Shown in pieces: positions 42,239-57,321 of a stretch of 64,000 bases of DNA (position 1 is its first letter; each line of letters begins with the position of its first letter). Both the position numbers and the translations under genes were made by a program. Source of the stretch: the human T2T-CHM13v2.0 reference genome, Homo sapiens; assembly GCF_009914755.1 (NCBI RefSeq), contig NC_060928.1. The stretch is one strand, 5' to 3'. Under the pieces are notes generated by a model that was not told where the DNA came from, did not search any database, and saw only the letters and a program-made list of their open reading frames with translations.

Positions 42239-45200
42239 GCTTAACTGATTTTTATTGTTGCTGTTTGTTTTCGTTGTTGTTTTAGTCTTTTTCTCATTGG
42301 GTTTGATCAACTCTATTTGACTTGATCAAAGCCAAAGGAAGTTCCAAATTATGGAGAAGGCCTCTGAAGTGGCTAAATTCCCCCAACACACACACACAGA
42401 GGGTGGTGGGGTGGGGGAGAGAAATGGCAAATGGCCAGAAAAAGGCAAAAAAAAAAAAAAGAGGAAACGTTTTTGGTCTTAACTACTAAGGGGATTTACT
42501 TACATAACAAAGCCACCTTTTTGCTAGCCAGGATAAACTGAAAGAGCAATGGCTATACTCCTGAAATAGCAGCAATTTGTCCTGGCTGAAATATGGTAAT
42601 GATATTTAAAAAGATTTTTTTTAATGTACTCAATGGTTAAAAGTCAGCTTAATTAAAAGCTAACCTCCAAGATGTATGTATATAAATGTATATGCATGTG
42701 TTTGTATTTAAAATGTCTTCATGTTTTTGTTTTTCTCCTAGGACCTGTCTTTTTTTGAGCAAAAGTTTTTCTTCTTCTCTGTTGACTGAATTCTGTTTTC
42801 TTCATTTACTTCTGCTATCTCTCCTTTCTCTTGTATCCTCTGCAGCATGGGCGACCTAAAATAGTTTATAATAGCCTGCCTTCCTTAAATAAAATGGAGA
42901 AGGCACCAGACTCCCCTAGGAGAAAAAACCTGTTTTTCTTATGGAACCCCAAAAATGTAAACAGACAAGTTCATCTCAGATCTTAAACTGCTTACTTTTG
43001 TATTGCGTTACCTGTTTTGTTTTTTGACTAAAATACTTATTGCAATAAAGGTTACTCTTGGGGTTTTAAGGAAGAGTATGGTTTAGACACTTAAAAATGT
43101 CTTTGTTTAAAAACAATTTTTTAAGCGTACTGTAACAGCATCAGATAGTCTAATCTCATAATAATTCTCCCTTTTTGAAGACTCAGGATTCAGTGTGGAC
43201 TCTGGCTAGAGTTCAGAGATCCAGTCAAAAGATAGGTAGTCCCTATCTAAATAAAATTGGTCTCCTTATACAATCCTATGATAGATTTCTATAATTTTAT
43301 GTTTGATTTGACATCCATCTTTAATCTCACTGTAGCACCACCAGACTTTTTTCTCTCTGTATCTGATGATATAAATCTATTTGATTTTCAACTGAGTTGT
43401 TTCCTCTAATATGTAAATTTAAGGCTATTTAGCTGACAACTGCCTAGGGTTGTGAAACAGGTAATCAAGAACAAAGTCTAAGATAGGAAAAAAAGGTTTT
43501 TATAAATCTATAAGATGTACTTCCACCAGCATGTCTAATACATGTATATATTTATGTGTTTTGTACACAATGTTTCACTACTGAAAATATATGAAAGAGC
43601 TCTAATTAATTGGCTTAGTAAAACCACTTGAATCAAATACTTCATCAGGAAAAAAAGACTACTCAAATTCTTGCTCAAGTTTATGCAACTTAAGTAAAAT
43701 CTTTAATAAGCTAGCTTTAAAATTATTAGTAAAGTAATATTAGAAATGTCTTAAGAATTCCCAGCATACATTTTTGTTTACATTTATTAATCAAACAATT
43801 TCACACTTAACCCTGACAAATACTTTAAGGTGTCAAAATTTGGCATAGGGGGTACAAAACTATAGACCCAGCCCAAGACAGAATGATCTCTGCTTGTGTA
43901 ATCTTTAATAAATAAGACATTTATATTGGCTTAATAAAAATAGCTACATTTTAAATTTAGTAAGATTACCATAACTTTTAATCTCATGGCTCTAGGTGGT
44001 CTAGTCCACAAACAGTAAGGTTTGTTTTGGGAAAGTTATCATCTTTGCTTCAAAGCTAAACTATAAACTAAGTTTCTCCCCAAGTTAGTTCAGCCTACAC
44101 CCAGGAATGAACAAGGACAGCTTGGAGCTTAAAAGATGGAGTCAGTTAGGTCAACTATTTTTCACAGTCCCAGTTATAATTTAGCAATGGCTGTCTCATA
44201 CTTTAAATAATGACAGTCACTGTGGTTTTTATAAATAATCTAGGTAAACAATTAAAGTAATTGGGTAAATACAATAGGATAAATATTTGTAGATAAACTT
44301 GTCATAATTTAGACTCTAAAGTTATATTAAATTAAATAATAACTATTTAATCATTTGGGTATTTTCCAATAAAGATACATTTGAAGGAAAACATTATTTC
44401 CAAAAGAAAAAAAGTATGTCCTTTCAAAAAAAAAGCAAGCAATTTTTATCTAATTTGAAACTTATTTAAAGGTCACATATAAAACAAGGTAAAAAGAACC
44501 AGGAAATAAAAGAGATGTAAAAAAAGTTATAAAAATAAAGAGTTTTTTGGTGATAAGAAAGCTTAAAGAGAAATAATTTCATATAAGAAAGACTCTTGTG
44601 TGGTAAATTTAGTCCTAGAATAAAATGACTGTTTGTTTAAGAAGGAGGGATAGATGTTCAGGACAAACCAGAAAGTCCAAGCATGTCATAAACAGTCTAT
44701 AAAAGTCACAATAAAAGGATTTATTAAAAAAAACCAAAAACTTTTATATGATCAAGTTGTCTATGATTAAAGGGAAATTATAATTGTCTCTCTGGAGATT
44801 TGGTTTAATGTAAAAAAAGACACACACTAAAGAATTAGAACAATGAAATTTTCTTAAGTGGTTTGATTTACTCTTAATAGATTGTAAGAGATTTTAAATT
44901 TTTAACATTGTTTAACCCAAAGTTCAACTTTTATTACATCTTGTTGGTTTTGGTTTTCTCTCCCCTTTTAAAAGGTGTGAAATAGTAACACTCCCCTTCA
45001 ACTCATTTTTAGTTCATATGAGTTTTTTTCTTTTTCCTCCTTGGGTTCTGTTATTTGTGGCCTGATGCTAACAATGTTTACTTAAAGGTCTAAAGGAAAC
45101 GTTTTCTTCCAACATAATATTCTGTGCACTCCAGAAATTCTTTTATTTTGCCTTTTGGTAACTGGCCTAACATATTTTACATTTATCGAAATAATTCCTA

Positions 45201-45785
45201 TGCCATTATTAAGTTTGGTTTGCTTAGGAAAAACTGAGATGTAAATTTTTTAAATTAAGGTTATTACATTTTTCTATCTTCCTGTATATACTTTTAAAGT
45301 CCTTGTGACATTGAGTTGGAGGGCTTTGACTTTTGGGTTTAAAAAGAACAATAAATCTTACTAAATCTTAAACACTGAAAACAAATGCTCATCTTCAGGC
45401 CCAGTAGGAGATGCCAAGCAAAATAAACTGCATTTCTGAGTTACAGGTTCAGAAATTAAAGCTATTTAACTCTTCAAGGCCTAGGGACTATTGCAGAAGA
45501 GGTAGGTGTGTGAAATTGTATGGGCTGATTTTGAGAGATAAAATAAGTTGTTTCTCTATAAATTAATCACTAATGTCAAAGACACACTGATACAAAACCA
45601 GCATAGGAACCCTGTGTCGGAGTAACAAGGTTTTCTTGAGGCATTAACCAACTCCTTATTAAAGGTTATCAAGGCTTATGGAAGTCATAACTTATGATAA
45701 AGACAAAAATTTCATGTTGTTCATAAAATTTTAGAAAACAAATTTAATTGGCTTCTTGCTGTTTTTATTAGGGCTTATTGTGTAG

Positions 45786-46199
<414 letters not shown>

Positions 46200-48089
46200 T
46201 TATAACCTTTAATATTTTGTAACCTTTAATATTTGATATTTGACAAACTTTCCAAAGTCAAATTATAAAGTATGTATTTTTCTGACCTAATTAATCCTTT
46301 AAGATATTAATAGGTTCCCTAAACTCCAAAAATGACATATTTGGCTTATTTGGTATAAAAATTATACAAGAAGAATTGTCAAATATAAGATGGTGTTTGG
46401 TTTTTCTTTGGGCTGTTTTTGTATAAATATGTTATTGGTATGTGTTCCAAAATTATGGGAAATACCTATAATTATGATATGACTTAATGTACATTATTAG
46501 TAATAATTGTAATTGTTATGCTAAATTATTGTGTGCCACAGTGGTAATAAATTTCCTTGTCACTTGTGTCTTTGACTGCCCTAAAACTTTTTGTCATTCA
46601 CAGACAATTGTTATCTTGTTTTGGACCTCTTTAGAAGGTGGTTTTATAATCAGCTATAAAACTCTAACAGGTGCTGTTGAATGCAAATTTCTGATAACTC
46701 TGGAGATTATGACATCAGAATAGAGGAAAAACCTTAGGACACATGGTTAGCTGAAATGTTCATGAATATCAAGCAGAACAGCAACTAACTGCATGGACTC
46801 AACTAATAAGAGTCTGAAGTAATTTTTGTAACTTTTTGATTAAAATGTTGCCGATTCTTTGTTTTGTTTCTCAGAGTCAAGAAAACGTTTTTAAAAGCTA
46901 TTTACACCTTTTAAAAATTGAGTATACTCCTATGAACAAAATTTGGAGCATGTTTGTTTCTCTCTACCTGATTTTTATAGAATTTCGAAACTGTATTCTT
47001 ATGTTATGACAATACAGTTATTTGCATCAGTGCAATAAGAATCTGTTTTCATTTATAACAGGATATAATTGGATAAAATGGTTATTTTACCAAGGCTTTA
47101 ACTGGAATGGTGTGCTTTCCTCTTAGGCATCAAACTTGACTTATGGAGCCAATAAAAGTCCCTTGGAAAAACTGGCCTCATACCTTTGTCTACACAGTCC
47201 CTGTACTGAGTTCCTGTCCTGTGGTAAGTAAAGAATGTCACTTTCTGACAGGCCCAGCAGCCCCAAATTTATCTAGGAACCTCAAGGGGAGAGAAATTCA
47301 CCCAACTCATAGGTATTTGATGGTACAAATTCAAGGCTGGGCTGGGCTTTAACAGTCTTACCTGAGATGTGTTCTATGGAACAAAGTTTCATCAACGCCA
47401 ATTTAAAAGCCTATGTAAAAAATAATTATTCTTGCTGCACTGTATATACATAATTAGGCGAAGTATGATAAAGCAAACCAGTCCTACCATGGTTTGTCTT
47501 CAGTAAGAATGGGAAACTGGAGAGAGAAAAATTGTGTTTCAAAAACTATAGTATACCTGTTGTTAGATTCAGTCTTACCTAATGTGTTTAAATTTTTACT
47601 ATTTTCTACAGTTTATACAAGATTCTAAATTTTTTACCTACAAGTCTCCAAAATAGTGTTTTCAATTATTTTTTTCCATTTTTTAAAATTTGGAGTCAAT
47701 GAAAAATAAGCTGTGTTTTCATAACGCCCTGTGAACTGAAGCTAGACAACTTCAGAAAAAATAACAGCAACCTATTTACGTACATAAGCCACTTTCATAC
47801 ATGCCTACTGATGTATGAACTTCAGAGTAATGTGGCCTATATCAGTTTTCCAGGATTGTTCTTTAATTTGTTGTTTTCCTCCCTTGCTCCCCCTATTTTC
47901 TCTTCACAGGACATGTGACTTCACAACCTTTTAAAAATGAGCTTTCCTAATAACTCAGGATCTACATGTCTAGGAATAAACCATCCTAGCCATGAGAGAT
48001 CAGACAAAACCTGAAACCAGAGACTCATTATCTTCTAAAAAACTTTCTCCAAAAGATTTTACAAAAGGTGGTGGAGGTTAGGGGAGCAT

Positions 48090-48536
48090 TGTGAAAGGAA
48101 TATATCTTGGGCCCCCAACATCACTAAGCTAAAGGGAAAAGTCAAGCTGGGAGCTGCTTGGGATAAACCTGCCTCCCATTCTATTCAAAGTCACCACTCT
48201 GTTCATTGAGATAAATGCATATCTGATTGCCTCCTTTGGAGAGGCTAATCAGAAACTCAAAAGAATTCAACCATTTGTCTCTTACAGACCTATGACCTGG
48301 AAGCCCCCTCCTGCTTTGAGTTGTCCCGCCTTTCCACACCAAGCCAATGTTCATCTGCATATGTTAACTGATATCTCATGTCTCCCTAAAATGTATGAAA
48401 CCAAAATGTGCTCTGACCACCTTGGGTACATGTTATCAGGACTTCCTGAGGCTGTGTCTTGGGCGCATGTCCTCAACTTTGGCAAAATAAACTTTGAAAA
48501 TTAACTGAGACCTGTCTTAGATTTTCAGGGTTAACA
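48090..48536 (+). mobile_element. MER4A1 3' LTR
   Basis: tgtgaaaggaatatatcttgggccccc...cagggttaaca; about 14-15% diverged from the 5' LTR by hand count. Confidence 0.9.
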
Positions 48537-49012
48537 CCTTCAATGAGTCTATTGGTAGACTGGGTATGACCAAAATGGGGATGGGGGAGGGGAAATTAAT
48601 GAGCTTGCAGACTCACTAGTAACTTTTTGAACTGAAAGGCACAGGAAAAAAGGAATAAGATTTTTTAAAAAGAGAAAAAGGGATTAAGACTAACAAATTT
48701 GGGGCAGAAATTTGGGTTGAATTCCATAATTCAACTCATAAAGTGCCTTGTAAATAAAGTACTTGGTATAAAGCATCTTCATTACACATGAAGGGATACA
48801 TTGCTGTTTAAAAGTGGATCCAGATTAGTTGTGATTATACTTCAAATTTTAAGGCAACAACTCAAAAATCTTAAAAAGTATAATTGAATAGCAAGAGAGG
48901 AGAGAGACTGAAATAATAAAACATTCATTTAAAAGTAGCAAAGGCAGAAGGAAGGGGAAGAAAAGAAAAAAGAAGAGCAACAAATAGAAAATAGTTACAA
49001 ATATAATAAATA

Positions 49013-49402
49013 TGTCTTAGTCCTTTTGAGTTGCTATAAAAATAACACAGACTGGTTAATTTATAAAGAGCTGTAATTTATTGACTCATGGTTCTTGAGG
49101 CTGGAAAGCCCAAGACTGACGGGCCAGCATCTTCTGAGGGCCTTCCTGCTGCATCATCCTATGGCAGGAGGGCAGAGGGCAAAAGGGGACTGAACTCATC
49201 CATTATATAAGAGACCTACTCCTGCTATAACAAATCTACTTTTGTAATAACAGCATTAATTCACTCATAAGAGAGGTGCTCACAGGATCCAAACATCTCC
49301 CATTAGGCTTCACCTCCCAACAGGCCCTACTTCGCAACACCAATAGGTTGGGGATCAAGTTTTCAACATATTAACTTTAAGGGACACATTAAAATAATAG
49401 AA
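49013..49402 (-). mobile_element. MST (MSTD/C-like) MaLR solo LTR
   Basis: tgtcttagtccttttgagttgctataa...ctcatggttcttgaggctggaaagcccaag...gggacacattaaaataatag; near-TSD aaata/agata. Confidence 0.85.
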
Positions 49403-50513
49403 AGATATTAATTCAACTGTATCAATAATCACTTCATATGTGAGTCACTTAAATCAATTTAAAAATAGATTGTCAGAATTGGGCGGAAACCAACAAGACC
49501 CAAACATATTATCTATGAGAACCTACTTTAAATTTTAGCAATTGAATAAGTTAAAAGATATACCATGTTAGTACTATTCGAAAGAAAGCTGGAGTAATTA
49601 TATAAATTTCAGACAAGGCAGAGTTCAAACAAGGAAAACTGTTGGTTATAAATAGGGTATTAAATAATGATAATGTGGTTAATTACACAAGAAGAGATAA
49701 AAAAATCTTAAGTTTATGTATAAATCCACTATTATAGTTAGAGACTAGCACTCCTTTATCAGTAATTACTAAGTCAAAGAGGCAAAAGGTCAGTAAGAAT
49801 ACAGATTCAACATATGTCTAAATACCACTTTGGTCAAAGACGCCTCAAGAGAAATTAAAAAGGGTTTTGAATTAAATGAAAATGAAAATACAACTTATCA
49901 AAAGTTGTGAAATGCAGCAAGCAATGAATAGAGGGAAATCTACAGCATTAAATGCATATATTAGAAGAAAGACCTAAAGTTAATAATCTAAGTTCCATAT
50001 TAGGAAAATAGAGAACAGAGAGCAATTTAAACATAAAGCAAGCAGAAGAAATAAAAAACAGAGCAGAAATTAATGTAATTAAAATCAGTAAAATACAGAA
50101 AATAAAAAATTCAAGCTTCTTTTTTGAAGAGATTGATAAAATTGATAAAGCTGTAGGTACTTTAACGAAGAAAAAAAGAGAAAATAAAAATTACCAATAT
50201 CAGAAATAAAAGAAGGGTCATCTCATGGGTATTAGAAGGATAATCAAGGAATACTACGAACGACTGTATGCCAACAAATTTGATAACTTTGATAAAATTA
50301 ATCAATATTTTGAAAGATAAAAACTACAAACTCCTCATAAGAAGAAACAGATAATCTGAATAGGTATATATTGATTAAAGAATTTGAATAATTAATACCT
50401 TCCAAAAAAGAAAGCTGCAGTCCCAGACTTCACCAGTGAATTCCACGAAACATTTAAGAAATAATAATTTTCTACAATACCATTCAAAAAATAGATATCT
50501 AGGGATCACTTCT

Positions 50514-50734
50514 TAATATAGTTAGGCTTTGTGTTCCCACCCAAATCTAATCTTGAATTGCAATCCCCGTAATCAGCATGTGTGAACAGAGAAACCAAGT
50601 GGAGGTAACTGAATCATGGGGTAGTTTCCTCCATGCTTCTCTCGTGACGGTGAATGAGTTTTGACAAGATCTGATCATTTTTTAGGGGGCTCTTCCTTCT
50701 TCCCTTGGCACTTCTTCCTGCCACCTTGTGAAGA
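50514..50734 (+). mobile_element. THE1D-like LTR, 3' part deleted
   Basis: taatatagttaggctttgtgttcccacccaaatctaatcttgaattg...cctgccaccttgtgaagaa, then an abrupt return to L1 ORF2 sequence. Confidence 0.85.
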
Positions 50735-53121
50735 ACAGATACAAAAATTCTTAACACATCAGCAAATTAAATCTAACAAAGCATGAAAAGAATTATATAG
50801 CATGACCAAATGAGATTTATTCCAGGTATGCAAGGCTAGTTCAACATTTGAAAATAAAATAACATAATCCATCATATCAACAAGCTAAAAAAGAAAAATT
50901 ATACAATTATAATCATTTGACACAGAAAAAAAAAACACTTGACAAAGTCAAACACATGTTCATGATAAACACTCTTAGCCAACTAGGAAAAGAGGGGAAC
51001 TTCTTCAAATAGAGAACATGTACAAAAAAAGTACAGTTAACTTAACACTTGTCTATATAGAAAGCCACAAATAATTGACAAAAAAGTACTTCTGGAACAA
51101 ATAAGAGATTATAGCAAAGTTTCAGCATGTAAGGCCAATAGACAAATGTTGATTACCTTCCTACATACAAACAATTGTTACAAACAATTGGAATTTGAAG
51201 TTTAAAAACAATACCAATATTGTTAGCATCCCTCCTCAAAATTGAAACACTGTGATAAACCTAACAAAGCATGTACAGCATCTATGTGTGACACATTCAA
51301 TGCAAGCCCCATAAAAATCCCAGCAACTATTTTGTAGATACTGACAAATGGAGCTGAAGTCTATGTGAAAAGGTGAGATTTCTACAATAGCTAACACAAC
51401 ACCAAAGAACAACAAAACTTGGGGACTGACATACCCTACTTCAAGTTTACTGAATAGCCAACTGTAAACCAGACATCATGGTATTGGAGAAAGGATAAAC
51501 ATAGATAAATGGAACGGAACAAAGAATCTACATGTGGAAACCCACAGTTACAATTTATTGATCCTTGATAAAGCAGCCAAGACAATTCAGGTCAGAAAGG
51601 ATAGTTTTTAAGCAAATGAAGCTGGAATTGGAAATCCATATGCAAAATGTAATCCTACATACAAGCTTTATAGCTTTTGCAAAAATTAACTCAAATTGGA
51701 CCATAAACCTAAATGCTAAACTATAAAACTTGGAAACCTAAAAAACTTCTAGAACATAAGAAAATATCTAGGTAACTTTGAATTTGAGCATCAGTTTTTA
51801 GACACAATATCAAAAGAACAGTTCATGAAAGAAAAAAATTTATGTGTTAATATTTAAAACCCCTTTTCTGTGAAAGATACTTTTAAGTGAATGAAAAGAC
51901 AAGCCACAGACCAGAAAAACAATATTTATAAATCCTATAGCTGATAAAGAATTTATATGCAAAATATTCAAAAAACCGTTAAAACTTACCAATAAGAAAA
52001 CAACCCGATTAAAAAATGGGCAAAAGATCTGAAAAAAATCTCTAGAAGATATATAGATGGTAGAAAATTATGAAAGTTTCTAATATTTGTCATGAAGGAA
52101 TTACAACTTAAAGTAACAATGAGATACCACTATATTAGCCTACTAGAAGGACTGAACACTTTTTTAAACTGACAAAAGCAAATGTTTGTGAGGTACAGGA
52201 GCAAAAAGAACCTTTCACTCATTTATGGTGGGAACTATCTTCTAATGGCACACCTTAGAAAATAGTTTGGCGGTTTATTTTTAATAAAAGATCTAACCTT
52301 TGTGCTTATATATATTTACCCAACTGATTTGAAACTTTTGTACACATAAAAACTGTACATAAATTTTTATAGAGGCTTTATTCACAATTGGAAACTGGAA
52401 GCAATCAAGTTGTCCTTCAATAGGTGAACAGAAACAAAACGTCGTGGTGCATCCATGTAATCAAATATTATTCAATGATTAAAACAAAAAAGCTATCAAG
52501 GCATGGAAAAATATGGATAAACCTTAAATGCAAGTTGTTAAGTGAAAAAAAGTCAGTCTGAAAGGGCTACATACTTTACTGTTTAAACTGTATGATATTC
52601 TGAAAGAGACAAATCAATAGAAACAAAAAGATCAGTAGCTGACAAGGGTTCTGGGGGAGTGGGGAGGGTTGGATAGGTGAAACACAGGAGTCTTTTTAGG
52701 GAAGCTGAACTATTCTGTATAATCCTGTAATGGTGTATACATGGCATTATGTATTTGTCAGACACACAGATTTTACAACATAGAAAGTTAAACTTTCAAA
52801 AATCATTTAGGAGATTGAAGTGGGGATTCCAGGAAGGAATTCAAACTCTGACAAACCTATCTAATTGTGTAACAAATGTAGCATACTGAAACATTAAGGA
52901 GAATGTATAGAATTAAATGCATATATTTGAAGAAGATAAAGATTGCATATCAGTGATGTTACACATCTCAAGAAATAAAGAAAAGAATAGCAAAACAAAC
53001 AAAAAATAGAAATAAGAAAATAATTTGAATGGAACTAATAAACACTTGGTGATATTGTCTGAGGAGGTTGGGGAGGGAAGAGGGGAAACATAAATGAACG
53101 CCCTTATAGAAGGGATGAAAA

Positions 53122-53447
<326 letters not shown>

Positions 53448-53614
53448 TTATCAACACTTCTAATCAATATTTTTGCTAGAGGTCTCAGCCAATACAAAAA
53501 GTCAAGATAAATAGATGAAAAAGGAATAAAGTGTCATTTTGCACAGATAATTTTGAACATAGAGTCAACAACTGAAAATCAATCCATCTAAATACTCACT
53601 GAATTCAAGGTCAT

Positions 53615-53790
53615 CATTTATACAATAAATATACAAGGTTATTATTTATACAATAATATGTATACGATATTTATACAATATGTATACATTACATATTGTA
53701 TACATACATAAATAATATGTATACATACATAAGTATACATATTATACAATATGTATACAATAAATTATACAAGGTTATTAATTATACAAA
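53615..53790. repeat. AT-rich low-complexity TATACA-type tandem expansion
   Basis: Repeated atacaat/atgtatac units bounded by two copies of tatacaaggttatta. Confidence 0.8.
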
Positions 53791-54169
53791 TCAATTGTAT
53801 TTCTATATACTAGCCACAGTGAATAAATATGAAAATAAGAAAATGAAGAAAAATGTAACATTCATATTAGCTTCTGGGTCAAAGGCACTATATTTAGGGG
53901 GAAATCGCATATAAACTGTCTCTTCTCTTAAAGAATAGGATTTGAAATTTTGTAGAATTTTTTCATAAGTTAGACTTTCCAGTCTTAGAATTTTCAGTCG
54001 TCTAGGTCTTAATCAAAGTGACTTTCTTCCATATTGAAAAGCTTTGTATTTCCATTTTCCGTTTGAGCCTTGTGTTTCTGGCATCTCAGTATTTAAATAC
54101 AGAGATAAATTGCAGGGATTTTTTAGCCTGTGACCAATCACTGCCTCCAATGCCTCTTGCTGTGGATTG

Positions 54170-54335
54170 CTTGAGCCCGTATTCATCCACTCTGGCTGTG
54201 ACTTAGAATTACTGGGGGAAGCTGTGCAAAAATACTGGTATCCAGACCTCACCCTCTGGCTTTGGGTACAAGCTTGGATTTATTTTAGCAGCTTTCTATG
54301 AGAGTCTAACATACCTCCAGGGTTGAGAATCATTT
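54170..54335. mobile_element. MER5-family fragment
   Basis: ctctggctgtgacttagaattactgggggaagct...gggttgagaatcatt. Confidence 0.55.
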
Positions 54336-54351
54336 GCTGATGCTTATATAA

Positions 54352-54528
54352 CAGTGGTTCTTAACTATGGCTGCACATTAGGCTCACCTGGAGAGCTTTT
54401 AAAAGTACTGATGACTAGGCCCTATCCCAAATTAATTAAGTCAGAATCTCTGAAGCATGTCTGTGAATGCAGTAGTTTTAAAAGGCTCTCCAGGTGATTC
54501 CAGTATGCTGTTAGGATTGAGAATCTCT
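54352..54528. mobile_element. MER5A1/MER5B
   Basis: cagtggttcttaactatggctgcacattaggctcacctggagagcttttaaaa...ctccaggtgattc...ttgagaatc. Confidence 0.8.
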
Positions 54529-54792
54529 CGTATACAACCTGCTTCTTAGGGAAGTAGTCTCACTCATCACCACATTTGTTTCAGCTGGAGAATAACCTTC
54601 TCCAGGTTAATCAACTGAGTTTGTTGTTGCTCTTAGAAACTAGTGAAGATCTGTGCCACTGGAGTTTTTCAAGACACTGGGTTTCTACAATTTTTGAACA
54701 TACTAAGTATGTATTAGCATTTATTTCTACTTATTTTCCTAAAGTGATGTGATATGATGGCCAATTTACCTCTACTATTTCTATACTACATT

Positions 54793-54939
54793 ATTTTTAT
54801 AAATTTAGGGGCACAAGTGCAGTTGTATTACATGGGCATATTGTATAATGGTGAAATCTGGGCTTTTAGTGTACCCATCACCTGAATAGGGTACTTTGTA
54901 CACAATAGGTAATATTTTATCCCTCACCCCTTCACCTGC
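54793..54939 (-). mobile_element. L1PB-like 3' end fragment
   Basis: ttaggggcacaagtgcagttgtattacatgggcatattgtataatggtgaaatctgggcttttagtgtacccatcacc; degenerate TSD ctatactacatt/ctataccacttt. Confidence 0.8.
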
Positions 54940-55046
54940 CTATACCACTTTCAAGAAGACTCAGTAGTTTCTTGAAACCTAACCTGCTTCTTAAATTGAT
55001 GTTTAACTCTCTCTTTCCTTGATTACATGTAGGGCCAGTATAATTT

Positions 55047-55343
55047 GCTGGCTAGTCCATTTCTGCTACAATAACAGAATACCTGAGACTGGATAATTAA
55101 TAAAAAAAATTATTTCTCACAGTTCTGGAGGGAAGTCCAAGATCAAGACACCAGCATCTCCTGCGGGCCTTCTTGCTGCATTCTCACACAGCAGAAGACA
55201 GAACAGCAGGCCCTTATATAAAGGCACCCAATCCCAGTGAGGGAGAAGCCCTCATGACCTAATCACCTCTTAAAGCCCCGCCTCTTAACATTATCGCATT
55301 GGCAACACCTGAATTTTGGAAGAGACACATTCAAACCATAACA
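55047..55343 (-). mobile_element. MSTC-like MaLR solo LTR
   Basis: tagtccatttctgctacaataacagaatacctgagactgg...ggcaacacctgaattttggaagagacacattcaaaccataaca. Confidence 0.85.
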
Positions 55344-55539
55344 CTAGCATTCTGTGCATTCATGCTTTTTTTATTTAATTTTGCTTTATGGCCCAGATAT
55401 GTGATTTTCTAACATCATCCTCTAAATTTTGTTTTGCATTCTCTTTTAGTGAGAAAAAGGATATTCAGAAATTTGGGGTCTGATAAAAGCATTCACAGTT
55501 TGACAAAATCCTGTGCTCCTTCTTTTTATAAAAAAAACT

Positions 55540-55721
55540 ATTATTACTTCTTTTAGTAATGGGCATCTCACTATGCTGTCCAGGCTGGAGTGCAGTGGCT
55601 ATTCACACATGCAATAATAGCACAATAGCACACAACAGCATAGAACTCTTGGCCTCAAGTGATCCTCCTGTCTCAGCCTCCTGAGAAGCAGGGACTACAG
55701 GCGCATGCCAACACGCTTAGC
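55540..55721 (-). mobile_element. FAM (fossil Alu monomer)
   Basis: Monomer retaining the 7SL-like segment gcagtggctattcacacatgcaataatagc; near-TSD cttctttt(t)at. Confidence 0.8.
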
Positions 55722-56999
55722 TCTTCTTTTATTTGAATTGGATAATCCCACACAAGAAATATACTGCCCTCAAAAACATTCAACCCAGGCCTGAATGTAA
55801 TCTGTGATTGTCCTGCCTGCTCTCTTTTTTCTATATTTCACCTTTCCTATGTTGGCCTTAAGGTCTTAATCTAAGGCACAGTAAATGTTCATATGCTCAT
55901 TTTATTATGGTTCTATCACTTTGAAACTCAAATACCTATGCTTTGTTGATGGTGTGGATTTTTCTTTTTCTTTTCCACTGATCTCTTTGTTCTTCCCATT
56001 TCCAATCTTGCCAGATTTTCTGCAACCACTTTGTAAAGCCATCTTCACTAGTACAGGGTAGCTCCTCAGTTACTATTACTCTAAATTATCTTTTCATGTC
56101 CTTAAGAAGCTACCACGAATCCTTTCTTAGACTCTGGCCACTCCTGGAGATTATTTCAGATTTGGCTTTTCTTTCGAGAAGGCAATTAATAAATTTTTCT
56201 AGTTCCCTACAACTTTTACTGATTTAATGGCAACAAAATTTCCCCCTTTCCCATAGATATTTTAAGAGAAGCTAGAAGTGAGTATATTGTTTTCTCTTTC
56301 TATTTGCATATCATGATCTCTAAGATACAAACTAATCTTCATGTCTACCTGGTTTTCTCTTAATATGTGCACCTTTCTCCTAGGGAAATCTCTGTTTTCA
56401 CCCTGAACTTAATAATTTTGTCTTTCTTTCTTTGGTTTTCATCCTTTACCACTCTTGATATAAAAGCAAAGCTGATCTATACTTTCACACCTTTGTTAAT
56501 ACCTTCCACTTTTTTTATTTTATGTGCAAATTTGACTTCTCAGATAGTGTTTTAAGAACAAGCTTTTTGAATTTGCTGTTTTAGTCTTCGTGTCTGTAAT
56601 AAACTGAGTTTGTTTTCTTGCTCCAAGCAGAGAATATGGAACATTCTATTTCTGATGTGGCTCCCTTTACTTTTTGTTGATTCATAAAATCTCTCTATTA
56701 TGAGTGAATTAGCTAAAATCCATAGTTAGAACATGTATAAATATACTGAGCCAAGTTGGAAACATGCAGGGTAAGCAACCTTTAAGAGCTCATAAAAGTC
56801 ACCTGAGTTGAAGAATTTAGCCCTTTCTCAGATTATTCCTGTGGAACTGAATGTAGTTTAAAAAACAACATGAAAAACAACATAAATGGGGTGGCTTATG
56901 TGTGTGCAGAGTAGTTATTTTTAGGAGAAATGAATCTTGGTTGTTAGAAGACCAGCCTAAAAAAATCTGAAAAAAATACACTTGTGTTCTGCTTCCTAA

Positions 57000-57321
<322 letters not shown>

